A stretch of DNA of 64,000 bases from Octopus sinensis (GCF_006345805.1 NW_021830464.1:812-64811); one strand, 5' to 3'; numbered from the stretch's first letter, positions 1 to 13,738 are shown. Notes: a model not told the origin generated them from the sequence alone. Numbers and translations: made by a program.

Positions 1-369
1 TTCATCCTGCGTATATTCAGACCTTCATGATTAAGTCTATGTACAGTTACCAAGTCAATTCCAAATTGTATACTTGCTGTCTTTATAGACACCGACGGTC
101 TTTATCCAGAAAATTGCAAATTTTCTAAAGAAGCTCTACTATTCTGGCTACACCTTTCACTGTCTCTCATCTCCTCTCTACCGCCCTCGAATCACTAGTG
201 CTAGCCTAAAACTTAGCCTGTAATCAGTCTGGAGCACTCCGTAAGTTTGTGTAGCGTTTCTGCTATAAAGAATTATTGCATAGCCAGCGTCGTTTCGTCT
301 CGACTGAATTCTGCAAAACCCTCAGCTTCGAGAGTAAAGTGCATTCAATGTGCTGTTACAGCCGTGCCC

Positions 370-753
370 GGTGGAGGCGCAATGGCCCAGTGGTTAGGGC
401 AGCGGACTCGCGGTCGTAGGATGCGCGGTTTCGATTCCCAGAACGGGCGTTGGTGTGAGTGTTATTGAGCGATGCGAAAACACCTAAAGCTCCACGAGGG
501 GATGGTGATGATCCCTGCTGTACTCTTTCACCAAACTTCTCTCACTCTTACTTCCTGTTTCTGTGGTACCTGTATTTCAAAGGGCCGGCCTTGTCACTCT
601 CTGTGTCACGCTGAATATCCCCGAGAACTGCGTTAAGGGTACACGTGTCCGTGGAGTGCTCAGCCACTTACACGTTAATTTCACGAGCAGGCTGTTCCGT
701 TGATCGGATCAACCGGAACCCTCGTCGTCGTAACCGACGGAGTGCTTCCATCC
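370..753 (+). mobile_element. tRNA(Arg-like)-headed SINE, family A (tail A1)
   Basis: A box TGGCCCAGTGG, B-box-like GGTTTCGATTCCC; further copies at 2517 and 38132; flanked by near-perfect 12-bp TSD ACAGCCGTG(C/T)CC at 358-369 and 754-765. Confidence 0.88.
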
Positions 754-900
754 ACAGCCGTGTCCTGAAATCTGGAATAACAACAGGTGTCAGGTCAGCT
801 TCTTAGTTGTATAGAAATGATATACTAGATTTACAGTAATCTAGTTATAACTGCTTCTCCTGAAAGAATCTCAAAACTTCTGGAATGACCTCATACGTTA

Positions 901-935
901 AACACAACACACGCACACACACACACGCACACACA

Positions 936-977
<42 letters not shown>

Positions 978-1152
978 TGATCATTTGCTTGTTAATTTCA
1001 TTTACATTCATTGAGATCAATTTAAAATTACCTGGATAATATAGAAACTTAACTAATAATGAGACGACTCAATAAATGCAGAATATATAATCACTTATCG
1101 CTCACTTACACTCTCTTTCTCATTCACTCTCTCTGCGCAAGCACACATACAA

Positions 1153-1210
<58 letters not shown>

Positions 1211-1230
1211 ACACACACACATACATACAC
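901..1230. repeat. (CA)n microsatellites (two tracts)
   Basis: CA dinucleotide runs at about 901-976 and 1150-1230. Confidence 0.95.
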
Positions 1231-1689
1231 GCATACACTTAATATATATATATACAGGAAAGGCACTTACATATATAAACAAGCGCTCACAATGGGCAAT
1301 CTTAATTTAAACGTTGGGATGTAATTAAAATGATTAATATTCATTTAATTAAATGTTTATACAAGCATACGTACATCAGAGAACATTTTTACAATATAAT
1401 TATTAAACATCAGACTCTTTCGGCTACAGTTTTATTCTTCGGATATAGCTTTCTCAATGAGCCGTAATAGATCTACTTCAGTCTTAAAACATACTAGATA
1501 TTCTCTTGTTGATTTTAATTTATTCTTTTTATCAGTTAACAAAAATATACAAGGAAAATAGTTGAGAATATGATCCGTGTGATCCATTGAGTGTTACTAA
1601 ACTTGTTCAATGATTAAAAGCTTAGGAAATTAAATGTTTATAATTTACGACTTAATTATACGTGTATATAATGTGTGTAACTATGTATG

Positions 1690-1706
1690 CATAAATATAT
1701 ATACAT

Positions 1707-1751
<45 letters not shown>

Positions 1752-1839
1752 TATATATATAATATATATATATTATATATATGTATATAAATATACGCAT
1801 ATACATATATATACATATACATATACATATATATATGCA

Positions 1840-1870
<31 letters not shown>

Positions 1871-2346
1871 CAAATATACGCATATACATATATATACGTA
1901 TATATACATATATGAATACATATAGACATGTATATACATATATATATATGTATGTATGTACGTATTATATATGTACATATATATATATACGTACATACAC
2001 ACATATAAATATAAATATATATATACATACACACATTATTTATATAAACATACATACATGTAATATATACATACATATATGTATATATATACACATAATG
2101 CATATATATATATACATCCATATATGTATACACATACATTTATATATATATAAATTATATATATAAATGTATGTGTATACATATATGGATGTATATATAT
2201 ATATGCATTATGTGTATATATATACATATATGTATGTATATATTACATGTATGTATGTTTATATAAATATATGTGTGTATGTATATATATATTTATATTT
2301 ATATGTGTGTATGTACGTATATATATATATGTACATATATATATAT

Positions 2347-2385
<39 letters not shown>

Positions 2386-2500
2386 CTATATATATATATA
2401 TACATACATACACGTACATACGTATATGTATCCACACGTTCAAGCATATATACATACATATACATAACATATATACACATACAGTCACAAACTAAAAATA
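1690..2500. repeat. (TA)n/(TACA)n compound low-complexity tract
   Basis: Nearly pure TA/CA/TG dinucleotide mosaic; source of the many Y/I/M/H ORFs in the track. Confidence 0.95.
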
Positions 2501-2516
2501 TTTATTTATTTATAGT

Positions 2517-2880
2517 GGAGGTGCAATGGCTCAGTGGTTAGTGCAGCGGAATCGCGGTTTCGATTCCCAGATCGGGCGTTGTGAGTGTTTATTGAGCGAA
2601 AACACCTAAAGCTCCACGTGACTCCGGCAGTGGGTTGTGGCGAACCCTGCTGTTCTCTTTCACAACTACTTTCTCTCACTCTTTCTTCCTGTTTCTGTTG
2701 TACCTGTATTTCAAACGGCCAGCCTTGCACACTCAGTGTCACGCTGAATCTCACCGAGAACTACGTTAAGGGTACACGTGTCTCAGGAGTGCTCAGCCAC
2801 TTGCACATTAATTTCACGAGCAGGCTGTTCCGTTGGTCGGATCAACTGAAACTCTCGTCATCCTAACCGACGGAGTGCCA
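2517..2880 (+). mobile_element. SINE family A copy
   Basis: Colinear with 370-753 from GTGGAGG(T/C)GCAATGG to AACCGACGGAGTGC. Confidence 0.88.
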
Positions 2881-2921
2881 CGAGATACACAACCACACCC
2901 ACACACACACACACACACACA

Positions 2922-2970
<49 letters not shown>

Positions 2971-3268
2971 TATATACATATATATAACATACGTACGTAC
3001 AAACCCATATACATAAAGCATAAATATATACATTTACGTGCTGTATGTTTCATCGAATTGTACCTCAGTACTTTCTACCACCTACAATCTTCTGATGATT
3101 GCCTAGGGCAGGAAACGTTGAGTGATGCGATGTAAAATGGCTACAACTATTAACTGCATAAATTTCTGCTATATGAGGTATCCATTGCCATTACCTTATT
3201 CATAGCAACATAAGTAAATATCATACACACACACACATATATGTATGTGTATATATATATTATGTAAG

Positions 3269-3306
<38 letters not shown>

Positions 3307-3325
3307 ATATTATAATATATATATC

Positions 3326-3387
<62 letters not shown>

Positions 3388-4546
3388 TATACATATGTTT
3401 GTGTGTTCTATTGTTTGTTGATGAGAAGAGAGAGAGAAAATTATTAGAATCCTATACTTAGCGCGTTGCGCCATTAGGACTACAATTTACTAATAGCAAT
3501 ACAGCTGGACTAAAAATATACTGATACGTTTAATCTTGAATATCATTTTCGAACAGGAACAGGGAAAAGATTATAAGTTACAAGAGAATAAAATAGAAAT
3601 AGACATACACTGCTGAAAAAGAGTCACACACATATGAAAACATATACGCAGGCGTACGCGTGGTTATATGCACACGCTCCGTAATAGTACATTTTGGAAT
3701 CTCGCGCTGAGATAACCGACAAGACAAAACTACAAGAGTTCACAATCCCTTAGGATTGTCGCTGCTCCTATTTAATGGGCTGAATATATATAGATAACCA
3801 TTAATACAACCAGTAATTTGGGCTTTAGTTAATAACATAAATACATGATAGATATGAATAGAAATTTGGGATTCTTATGAGTTGTTCTACCGTTGTAGTT
3901 CTACTGAAAATTTTATTAAAGTGAATTTCCTCTGTAAGTAGGAAGTCAAAATGGCCTTGTGAGTTTCTATCGGATATGTGCAGAGAAAGTGCAGAGAAAT
4001 TAGTGCAATGCTGTCGTCAATTTTACAAAGTTCCCTCGTTGATTACAGTACTTTGTGGTTCTTGATTTGTAGGTAGTCATTGATTACAGAGCTGTGTGGT
4101 TTCTCATTTGTATTTAAGCCATTGTTTACAGCGCTACATGTATCTTAGTATATATTTTGATGCAGCAGGTCGTGTGAGACCTAAAAGCATTTTGTCACAA
4201 AGTCAAACTAGTGTTCATAACAAAGTGTACACTTGATATTCATAAGCTAGTTGTCCGATAATCCTAGCGATGTAGTTGCTACATTAATATAAAAGTTGAT
4301 AACAAAACAATGAATTATATGATCTAAGTAATACTGACTCTGCAGACAACAGAAGAAATATTTATGAAGTCACTCAAGCCTTCAAATATAGTCGTTATAT
4401 TTCCCTCACTTCTCAAGTGAAGGTAAGATTTATTGGACAATATCTAGAAAAAAAAGCAATCCTCACCCATCAATATTATCTGTGATCGTATTTAAATTCC
4501 ATAAGGTCTAAGCCACTTTTAAGCAAACAAAAACGTTTCATTATTT

Positions 4547-4814
4547 ACATTATTTATAATTGACGGATATTTGTCCTCATCTTGCTTGTTGTTAACACAA
4601 CGTTTCGGCTGATATACCCTCCAGCCTTCATCAGGTGTCTTGGAGAAATTTCGAACCTGGGTTCTCATTCCTAAGGTATTTTCCGGTTTTTGTTGTTGTT
4701 GTTGTTGTAGTTATTATCATTATTATGATTATGATTATTATTATTATTCAGGTCACTGCCTGGAATAGAACTCGGATGTTGGGGTTAGTAGACCGCGCTC
4801 TTAACAACTACGTC
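4547..4814 (-). mobile_element. tRNA-headed element with (TAA)n spacer and hammerhead-containing, Penelope-pLTR-like tail
   Basis: Minus strand: head GACGTAGTTGTTAAGAGCGCGGTCTACTAACCCCAACATCCGAGTTCTATTCCAGGCAGTGACCTG (A/B-box-like, 4814-4749), then a TAA/CAA spacer, then a tail with a hammerhead core; inverted copy of the tail at 4897-5050. Confidence 0.72.
4594..4639 (-). ncRNA. minimal type I hammerhead ribozyme motif (PLE-like)
   Basis: GACAC CTGATGA A GGCTG-(10 nt)-CAGCC GAAAC GTT GTGTT: intact core, extra A between A9 and G10.1, helix I GACAC/GTGTT, loop-less palindromic helix III (AACGTT), GUU site. Confidence 0.72.
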
Positions 4815-4815
<1 letters not shown>

Positions 4816-4861
<46 letters not shown>

Positions 4862-5050
4862 TAATAATATAATAATAATAATAATAATAATAATATAACA
4901 ACATCAAAAATTACAGTAGGAATGAGAATCCAGGTTCGAAATTTCCCCAAGACACCTATTGAAGGCTGGAGAATCTATCAGCCGAAATGTTGCGTTAACA
5001 ACAAACAAGATGAGGACTAATATCCGTCAATTGTAAGTAATGTAAATAAT
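4816..5050 (+). mobile_element. inverted, head-less copy of the same element (mutated hammerhead)
   Basis: (AAT)n followed by the reverse complement of about 4547-4700; core reads CTATTGA instead of CTGATGA and GAAAT instead of GAAAC (4951-4996). Confidence 0.78.
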
Positions 5051-5099
5051 GTAACTAATGTAAATAATGTACATAATTTCTCATCTCTTAAATATAGAA

Positions 5100-5740
5100 C
5101 AAAAACTGTTATTTACAATTTAGACGCACGGATACCAGTTTTGGGGGAGAAACGGGGTAACCGGTTCAGTTGAGTGCATCGACTCTAGTTCTAGACTTAT
5201 ACTTTGTTTCATCGACCACAGAGAGAGACAAGGAAAAGCTGATCTCTGTTGGATTTCAACTCTGCCGACTTAAACATATAGGGCTTGCAGTTTTTAAGGT
5301 GGGTGTGATTTACGTCCACCACAATACCTGACTGGTACTTGTTTTATCGACAACGAAGAGATGAAAAATAAAGTCAAACACAGCAGAATTTGAACTTACA
5401 GCGTAAAGTTGGACGGAATGTCGCTATGCAACTTTTGTCCCAGGCGCTAACCGCTTTTCCAGCTCACTGTCTTCAACATCAGCACAAATATCACAGATAA
5501 GAGCAATTTTGGGGGATGGAAAATTCAAGTCAATCAACCCCAGTTTTTAACTGGTACTTTTTTTAAAGGCTTCAGAAGGATAAAAAGCAAAGTCGGCCCT
5601 GGCGGACAGGCGCTACTGTGCCACGCAACAAGTTATTTAGCGTGTTGACACAGAAAGGCAATTGACTAAATCGACTATATTATAAGCTTGATAATTCATT
5701 GCATTGATTCCTGAAGGATGAAAGTCAACTTCTATATTGA
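5100..5740 (-). mobile_element. cluster of about 4 decayed family M SINE fragments
   Basis: Repeated degenerate ACTGGTACTT..TTTATCGAC...GGATGAAA...GTC...GAATTTGAACT motifs. Confidence 0.55.
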
Positions 5741-6149
5741 TGCACCTTCAAAAGACTATTCCATTTTTTTTTTCCTTTCTGTGAAGATAATTTTTATGTC
5801 TTCAATTTCCTTGCATACTTATATTCGTTCAAGCTTTAATGCTCGAGTGTGTCTCATGTGAAAGATATTGAATATATCTTTGATTTATTTCCATACTTAG
5901 TAATTGTTGAAGTCGTCATTCTCGAACATATTTTGCCATGTGAAAAATGTTATGTCGTCGATTTCTGTTCAGATTTAAGTTTGTTAAGGGTGTATACTTG
6001 AACAAATTTCGCCAAGTGAGATGTGTCGATTATGTCTTCGATGTGGTTCCATATTTAAGCTTGCTGTCGGCGCAATACTAGACTGTGTTTCGTCAGTTGA
6101 TAGATTTAAGTAATATCTATACTGCAGAAAACTGCACATGTTCAAATAT

Positions 6150-6272
6150 GCAGTAGTAGTAGTAGTAAGAGTATTTGCGGAATCAGCAGCAGTAATGCCA
6201 GCAGCACTGACATCAGCTGTAGCAGTAACAGTGGTAGTAGTAGTAGTAGTAGTGGTGGTGGTGGTGGTGGTG

Positions 6273-6308
<36 letters not shown>

Positions 6309-6314
6309 GAAGTG

Positions 6315-6397
<83 letters not shown>

Positions 6398-6400
6398 TAA
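6150..6400. repeat. (GTA)n/(GTG)n trinucleotide microsatellite
   Basis: Direct reading; explains the poly-V and poly-T ORFs. Confidence 0.95.
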
Positions 6401-6942
6401 GAAGGATGGAGGACAAGGTGAACGCAATGTCGATGATGATGATGGAGAAGACGAAGGAGAGGAAGACGACAAAGAATACGATAAAAACAAAATGGACGGT
6501 TGCGAGAACAATAATAAAGAGATGAGAAAACAAAACAGATACTAAAAACAGAAGGGAGGTAATAAAACGAAAGTAAGAGACGGACGTAGTGAAGGAGAAG
6601 GAAGAGGTTGATAATGAGAGAGAAAGAGGGTGTATGAGGAGAAATGGATATGAAATGGATGAATAATAAGATGAACGGTATGGACAAGTTGAAGGCATGA
6701 TGTTAATTGTGATGAGGCATCCAAAAGTATCACCAGGGTTTCAAATAACATATGTTCATATATTTAATGTTCATATATATTTAATACTTTTTTTTTTATT
6801 ACTGTTGATTTTTTTTGTTTTAATTTTAGTTGTCTCTTTTGTGTCTTTTTGTTAGAGTAATTAAAATTCGGAACGAAACGCAAGTATGCCGAAACGCAAA
6901 AGGGCTTGAATAATATTTCAATTGCTGAAGGATACGAGATTC

Positions 6943-6990
<48 letters not shown>

Positions 6991-7539
6991 ATTATAAACG
7001 ATGAATATGATAATGATGATGATGATAATGATAGATAAATAAATAACCTACACATATAAACGAAATGAATCCTTCACAGACATGACTATGATGATGATGA
7101 TGATGATTACGATGACGATAATGATGGTGATGATGATTGGTAGTCGGTATGATGTCTATAAAAGCTATCCAAATGTAATAACCTGAAAATAAATAAAAGA
7201 AACAAAAGTATAATTTAAAAAAAAAAATCATCTCCTAATAATAGGAAAGGGATTCTTAGAAATTATTTAAAAAATGCATTGTGACACATATATAACCACA
7301 TTCAAAGAACGAACAGAAAAAAAACAACATAATTTACATAGACAAAAGAAAAAAATATGATATGCGATGCACTGCTCATATAAACCACGTCGAGTATTTG
7401 CAATATTATTCAGAATATTATAGAAAAAAAATAAAAAGTATATTTAGCCAACATAAAGAGAACTCCTCCCAGTTATGAATGAAGACTCGCTTCATGAATA
7501 TAATTCCTGGAATATGAATAATAATTATTGCTGATTAAG

Positions 7540-8410
7540 GCACGTTGTCAGCTATTTTGAGAGGAAGGGCTAAGCTAGTAGACATCATCGATCCCTGAAA
7601 TTGAGAGATACTTAATTTTATCATCCCCAAATGGATGAAAATCAATGTTAAACTCTGTGGGATTTTATCTCAGAACTTATAACTTATAATGAAGGTATTT
7701 TCCAGATGTTTGAACGATTCTGCTCGTCTTTTGCAATAGCAGTAATAACTGTTTCAATTTTAGAAAGAAGGTCAACAATTTTGAGGGATGTGGACCAAAT
7801 TGATCACATCAATCTCAGTGCTTGACTGGTACTTTAGGATATCTACCTCGAAAGAATAAAGGGAAAGGTTTGCTCCAGCGGGATTTGAGCTCAGAAGGCA
7901 AAAAGCCAGCACAGATGTCATCAAGCATAAAATCCATCCGACTCACTAAGGATACTGCCAGCTCGCTGCCTTGCAATAACAATAATAATGCATTCTACTA
8001 TAGGCACAAAGCCTGAAATTTATTGGTGGTGGTGAGGGCTAGTCGATCACGTCAAGCTCAGAACTCGATTGCTACTTATTCTATGGACCCTGAAATTATG
8101 AAACATAAAAATTGTTCTCAGCGGAATTTGAACACAGAACATAAAGCAGCAAAAAATACTACTAAGCATTTTCTTCGGTGTGTTAACGAATCTGCCAGTT
8201 CACCGCCTCGCAAAAGCAATAACAATTTTGATTTCAAATTTTGGCACAAGGCCAGAAATTAGAGGAGTAAGTCAATTACAACGATCCCACTGTTCACCCG
8301 GTGCTTCTTTTATTGGACGAATTTAAACTCAGAGACCAGAGACGGAAGAAATACCACTAAACATTTTGCTTGGTATAGTAACGATTCTGTTAGGTCGTCG
8401 CCTTCATAGC
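7540..8410 (-). mobile_element. stack of about 4 same-orientation family M SINE copies
   Basis: Four successive degenerate units with GGATGAAA/GAATTTGAACTCAGAAC/GCCAGCTCGCTGCC motifs separated by TAA-like linkers. Confidence 0.68.
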
Positions 8411-9225
8411 ATTAGTAATATTAACTGCTAGAGCTGAAGCCTAAAGACTTTGGTGGCAACACCAAAGCCGAAAGCGTGCTCAATGGCAACTAGAAAATAA
8501 AATTAACTTCTAGATACATGGGACAATAATCGTATTTCTTTACTAGTTCCTTATTCTCAACAGAAAGGGAATATGTATATATTCACGGCCACACAAATAG
8601 CAAACATGTTTTTCTCTGTGACGAATGTAAAATGTCCAAAACGTTTTTTAATCTACTTCTAGCTTCAGTCTCACAGCTGTGCTTTCTTCTTTTTGACTTG
8701 GGTTTGTGGCTTTGGGTTCCGGATATTAATCTATATACACAGGCGCAACATATTAGCAGGCCTAACACACTGGAAGGTGTGCCATCTTTATAGAAGAAAT
8801 ATCTGTTGCAAATAGTTGGTGCAAATACGGACTGTAAGAGAAGCGTGAGGTTGACAAGAATGCAAGTGACTTGGAACACCTCGGTTGAGACTATCAACTA
8901 ATACATTACTATATAGGGGATTATAATAAACAGGACATATTTTACTTTCAAATACCACCAGGTAATTAATATTTTACATTTGTTCTGCATCAACAGGCGA
9001 TAATATGTATCTATTAAATGAGATATGAAATTATTCAAATGCAAAAGTCTGGAAACAAAGTCAAACAGAATGTAAGGTTTGTATCCCGAAAGAATCCCTT
9101 TAATAAAATGTATCGAAAATGCTATCAAAAATCCAATGCTATCAAAAATGGATACGAAACAGATGAACTAGCAAAGAAACCTACACTTGCACATATTAAC
9201 AGGATAGACAGTATCGTATTACAGG

Positions 9226-9345
9226 CGTAGGAGTGGCTGCGTGAAAAGGCGTAGGAGTGGACGTGTGGTAAGTAGCCCGGCCTTTTGCCTCGGAGGGTAA
9301 CTTTCTAGGTGCAACCCCATGGTCATTCATGACCGAAGGGGGTCT

Positions 9346-9346
<1 letters not shown>
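9226..9346 (+). mobile_element. chimeric SINE fragment: duplicated family B head fused to family C tail
   Basis: GGCGTAGGAGTGG occurs twice (family B 5' end), followed by GGAGGGTAACTTTCTAGGTGCAACCCCATGGTCATTCATGACCGAAGGGGGTCTC, matching the 3' end of 60070-60400. Confidence 0.6.
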
Positions 9347-9414
<68 letters not shown>

Positions 9415-9415
9415 A

Positions 9416-9469
<54 letters not shown>

Positions 9470-9854
9470 GTATATATATATAAAGGCTTATTTGTGACTG
9501 AGTGATACATATGGCTCAGAAATCTCAGGAATGAGAAGCATGTACAATATTGGCATCTACGATGTTAAACTGTTTTTGACCATTGAAATATTTGCCAAGG
9601 AAGACGTCCATCACCAGGTGCAGAGACCACTAACTTGAAAAAAAAACGCTCCAAGTTATAACATGCATGCGAAAGCCACAGACGGCGCTTGGGGAGTAAC
9701 ATTTAAAAATGTCAGAAGAGGGGCAACGTAGTCGGAGGTACAGATGAGATACGGATCTGGTTTATTAGATCGGGTGATATGTGTGGGTGTCCCCTCCAGA
9801 GCTCAGGATGTCCCTTGGGTAAAACAGCAAAATTAATGTATCTATGAACTCGAA

Positions 9855-10800
<946 letters not shown>

Positions 10801-11244
10801 AATAATAATAATAATAATCAGCTATGACGATGTAAAGTTGGGAATACGAATGAGGAGAGTAGACGTGATACGAATAACATTTGACGCACTTTGAATGTAT
10901 CAGCACTCAACTATCAACACGAGTAAAAAATGGTACAAGGCAGAACACCTCCAAAAATCAGTGTTGCTTGAAACTGCAAGAATTCTTCGCAGGGTTCTTG
11001 AAGAATGACCAGTAAACAAGTGTCACCTTATTTTGCTGGCTTTGGACAGTTGACACTTTCCATCATACCCAGTAAAATAAGAATGTCTAGTATTAGACAT
11101 TCACTAGTACATCACAAAAAGAAAAAAAAACAAATATATGGCACAGAACTTCCAACCTGTTGTCTCTTGAGGTCTCTGGGTGAGACTTGGAGCCAACTTG
11201 TACAGACATAAAGCAAAAGTCAAACACAGAATAATAATAACAAT

Positions 11245-11806
11245 AAATGCAATGATGCAGTACCAGGCAGTGGTTCTCCTAGCTTCTGATCTTAATTGAT
11301 TGGAAGTGTTATCATGACATTGTTTTGTATTGGTATACAAGATGCGATATAGCAAATATTCTGCTCAATATCACAGATTTGCTTGTCAGTTGTTTGACCT
11401 TAACCAGTTGAGCATGTACCTTAATGGCTGACGATATGTGCATCTCTGAACATGAGCAGAAGTAGTGGGGGGGGGCATCATAGCGATGTGTTGAGAGGGA
11501 TTGTTTGGGGTTTGAATAATTCACCTCTGGAAACATGGGTGTTTCATTCAACATCCTTAAACAACCCTTATTCAGGGACTCTTTGAGCGGGATGGGTTAT
11601 TTGACCAGAGGAAAATTCTAACTGGGCCCCACTTGCAAGGTCATGTGCTGTTTATCTTGATATGAGATCACCATGTCGTGCACATATGGTTGTGATGCAT
11701 GTGCCTAGTGTACACTTATCAGACGTGTAGTCAGGATGGGTATACTGGGCTTCGTATATTTTACCCCAGTGTCACTTTGATGGCATGCAATACTCTCTCA
11801 CCCAAT
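11245..11806 (+). mobile_element. unclassified interspersed element bounded by TAA tracts
   Basis: About 560 bp of balanced-composition sequence between ATAATAATAACAAT and (TAA)n; single copy in this window, so repeat status rests on my recollection only. Confidence 0.35.
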
Positions 11807-11871
11807 CATAATAATAATAATAACAGCAACAACAACAACAATAATAATAATAATAGTAATAATAATAATAA

Positions 11872-12088
11872 TGCTTTCCACTATAGGCAAAAAGCTTGAA
11901 AGTTTGGGGGAGGGAGCAAGTCGACAACATCGTCCTCCGTACTCAACTGGTACTTACATTATCGACCGTGAAAAGATGAAAAGCACAGTCGCCCTCGACA
12001 AAATTTGAACTCAGAACAAGAAGACGGACTAAGCACTTCGCTAAGCACTTCGCCCGGTGTGCTTTTAAAGACCCTGCCAACTCGCTGC
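11872..12088 (-). mobile_element. family M SINE (TAA-tailed variant)
   Basis: Reverse complement of the head, the GCCTTTCATC..GGTCGAT..AAGTACCAG core and the CTATAGTGGAAAGC(ATT)n tail. Confidence 0.75.
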
Positions 12089-13329
12089 GCTATATATAAC
12101 GGCAATAACGATGATGATAATGATGATTACGATAATGATAGCAAGAATGAAGTCCTCCTCCTCCTCTCTCCTCCTCTTCCTCATCATCATCATCATCATC
12201 ATCATCATCGTCATCAACATCGTGTAGATTCCTATGAAAACTTTAAGCACAATAACAGTAACTAGGAAGAAACAAAAAAAACATGAACATCAGCTGTAAG
12301 AACATCATCAAAAAAATGACCATGAAATCGGTGACGGCAACGAAGACGTGAGAGCGAAAATATAAGAAACAATATTAACAGCCAGCTAAACAAAACTTGA
12401 TATTTTCAACATGCAAGAAAACTATAATTCTTATATTTATTTCTGCTTGTGTATATAACGTGGGTGGGTCTCTATTTGTTTTCTGTGTGTGTGTGTGTGT
12501 GTGTAGATTGGTGTACGGGGGAGGATTTATTGTAATTAAACATCCTACGCATCATACACCACACATATACATATATTTTTATATCAATGAATATATACTA
12601 CATAATACACACATATATACATATATACATATATATATACATATATATGCATGAGTGTTTAGTGAGGTCTCTTAGTGAAACTCTGTATAGAGATGTGCGT
12701 ATATATATATATATATATAATATATATATATATATATTTATGTATATATATATTCGCGTATATGTCGTGTGCGTATGTGTTCTTGTGTGTTTGTATTTCG
12801 GGTGTGCGTAAATGTGTATAAACGTGTATGTGTATGTGTATATATGTTCGCGTGTGCCTGTGCTTGCATATATGTGTCAGTGTATATTTTTCTGCTTAAT
12901 TTTTTACACTTTATTTTATCATTATCAGGAGAATATTTCATTGTTCTGTAATTTCCTTCTCTATAAAATCGTACCAAAAAAACACAAAACAAGCACACTC
13001 ACGCACACAGAAGCACACACACATTTAATATATATATATATGTATGTGTGTGTGTATATGTATATATATATGAGATATGATACACACATTCACACACACA
13101 CACACATACACACACACACATATATATGTGCCAGTGTGTGTATGTATATACACTTGTTTTGTTTTTTAAAGTGAAGAAGAAACATTTCTCCTTTAGCGGT
13201 AATCTGATCTTTCTGAAAAAATAACGGACGATGATTCACATTTTTGACATTCACGCATACATATACAACACATAGAAATATATTACATACTTGCGCATAC
13301 ACACATTTGTTCAATATACAAACATGGTA

Positions 13330-13377
<48 letters not shown>

Positions 13378-13680
13378 CAACGTAATAAAAACAAATAAAT
13401 TCATAAATTATACTGATGATAGTGATGCTGCTGACGTTGTCGAATAAGATGATAAAATAAAGACGAATATTTATGGTGGTAGTGGTGGTGATGGCGGCGG
13501 TGGTGTTAAGGGTTATTAGTGGCAGTAGTCGTAGTAGTAGTAGTAGTAAAAAATAATAATTGTTTCTTTACACGCCACGGGAACAAAAAAAATGAACATT
13601 GTAATACAATACAATACAATATCATATAATGGACATTTATTGGGGCCCATTTCTGCGTGTATACAAACATACATATATAT

Positions 13681-13738
<58 letters not shown>

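Noticed and set aside
370-445. tRNA genes at SINE heads (also 2517, 4749, 20190, 60070)
   Set aside because: No complete acceptor stem, and each continues into a repeated SINE body.
4346-4422. Plus-strand exon candidate (D)NRRNIYEVTQAFKYSRYISLTSQVK with CAG/ and /GTAAGA
   Set aside because: Weak polypyrimidine tract, no recognisable peptide and no partner exons; expected by chance.
8563-8890. PIF1/Helitron helicase similarity (LCDECKM...RLTRMQ)
   Set aside because: Spacing is suggestive, but the intervening FGG/GDFxQ motifs are absent.
9350-9480. Recurrent AA/TT phase shifts inside (TA)n tracts (also about 1700, 44740, 50100)
   Set aside because: Explained by single-base slippage or long-read consensus indels; no evidence of function.
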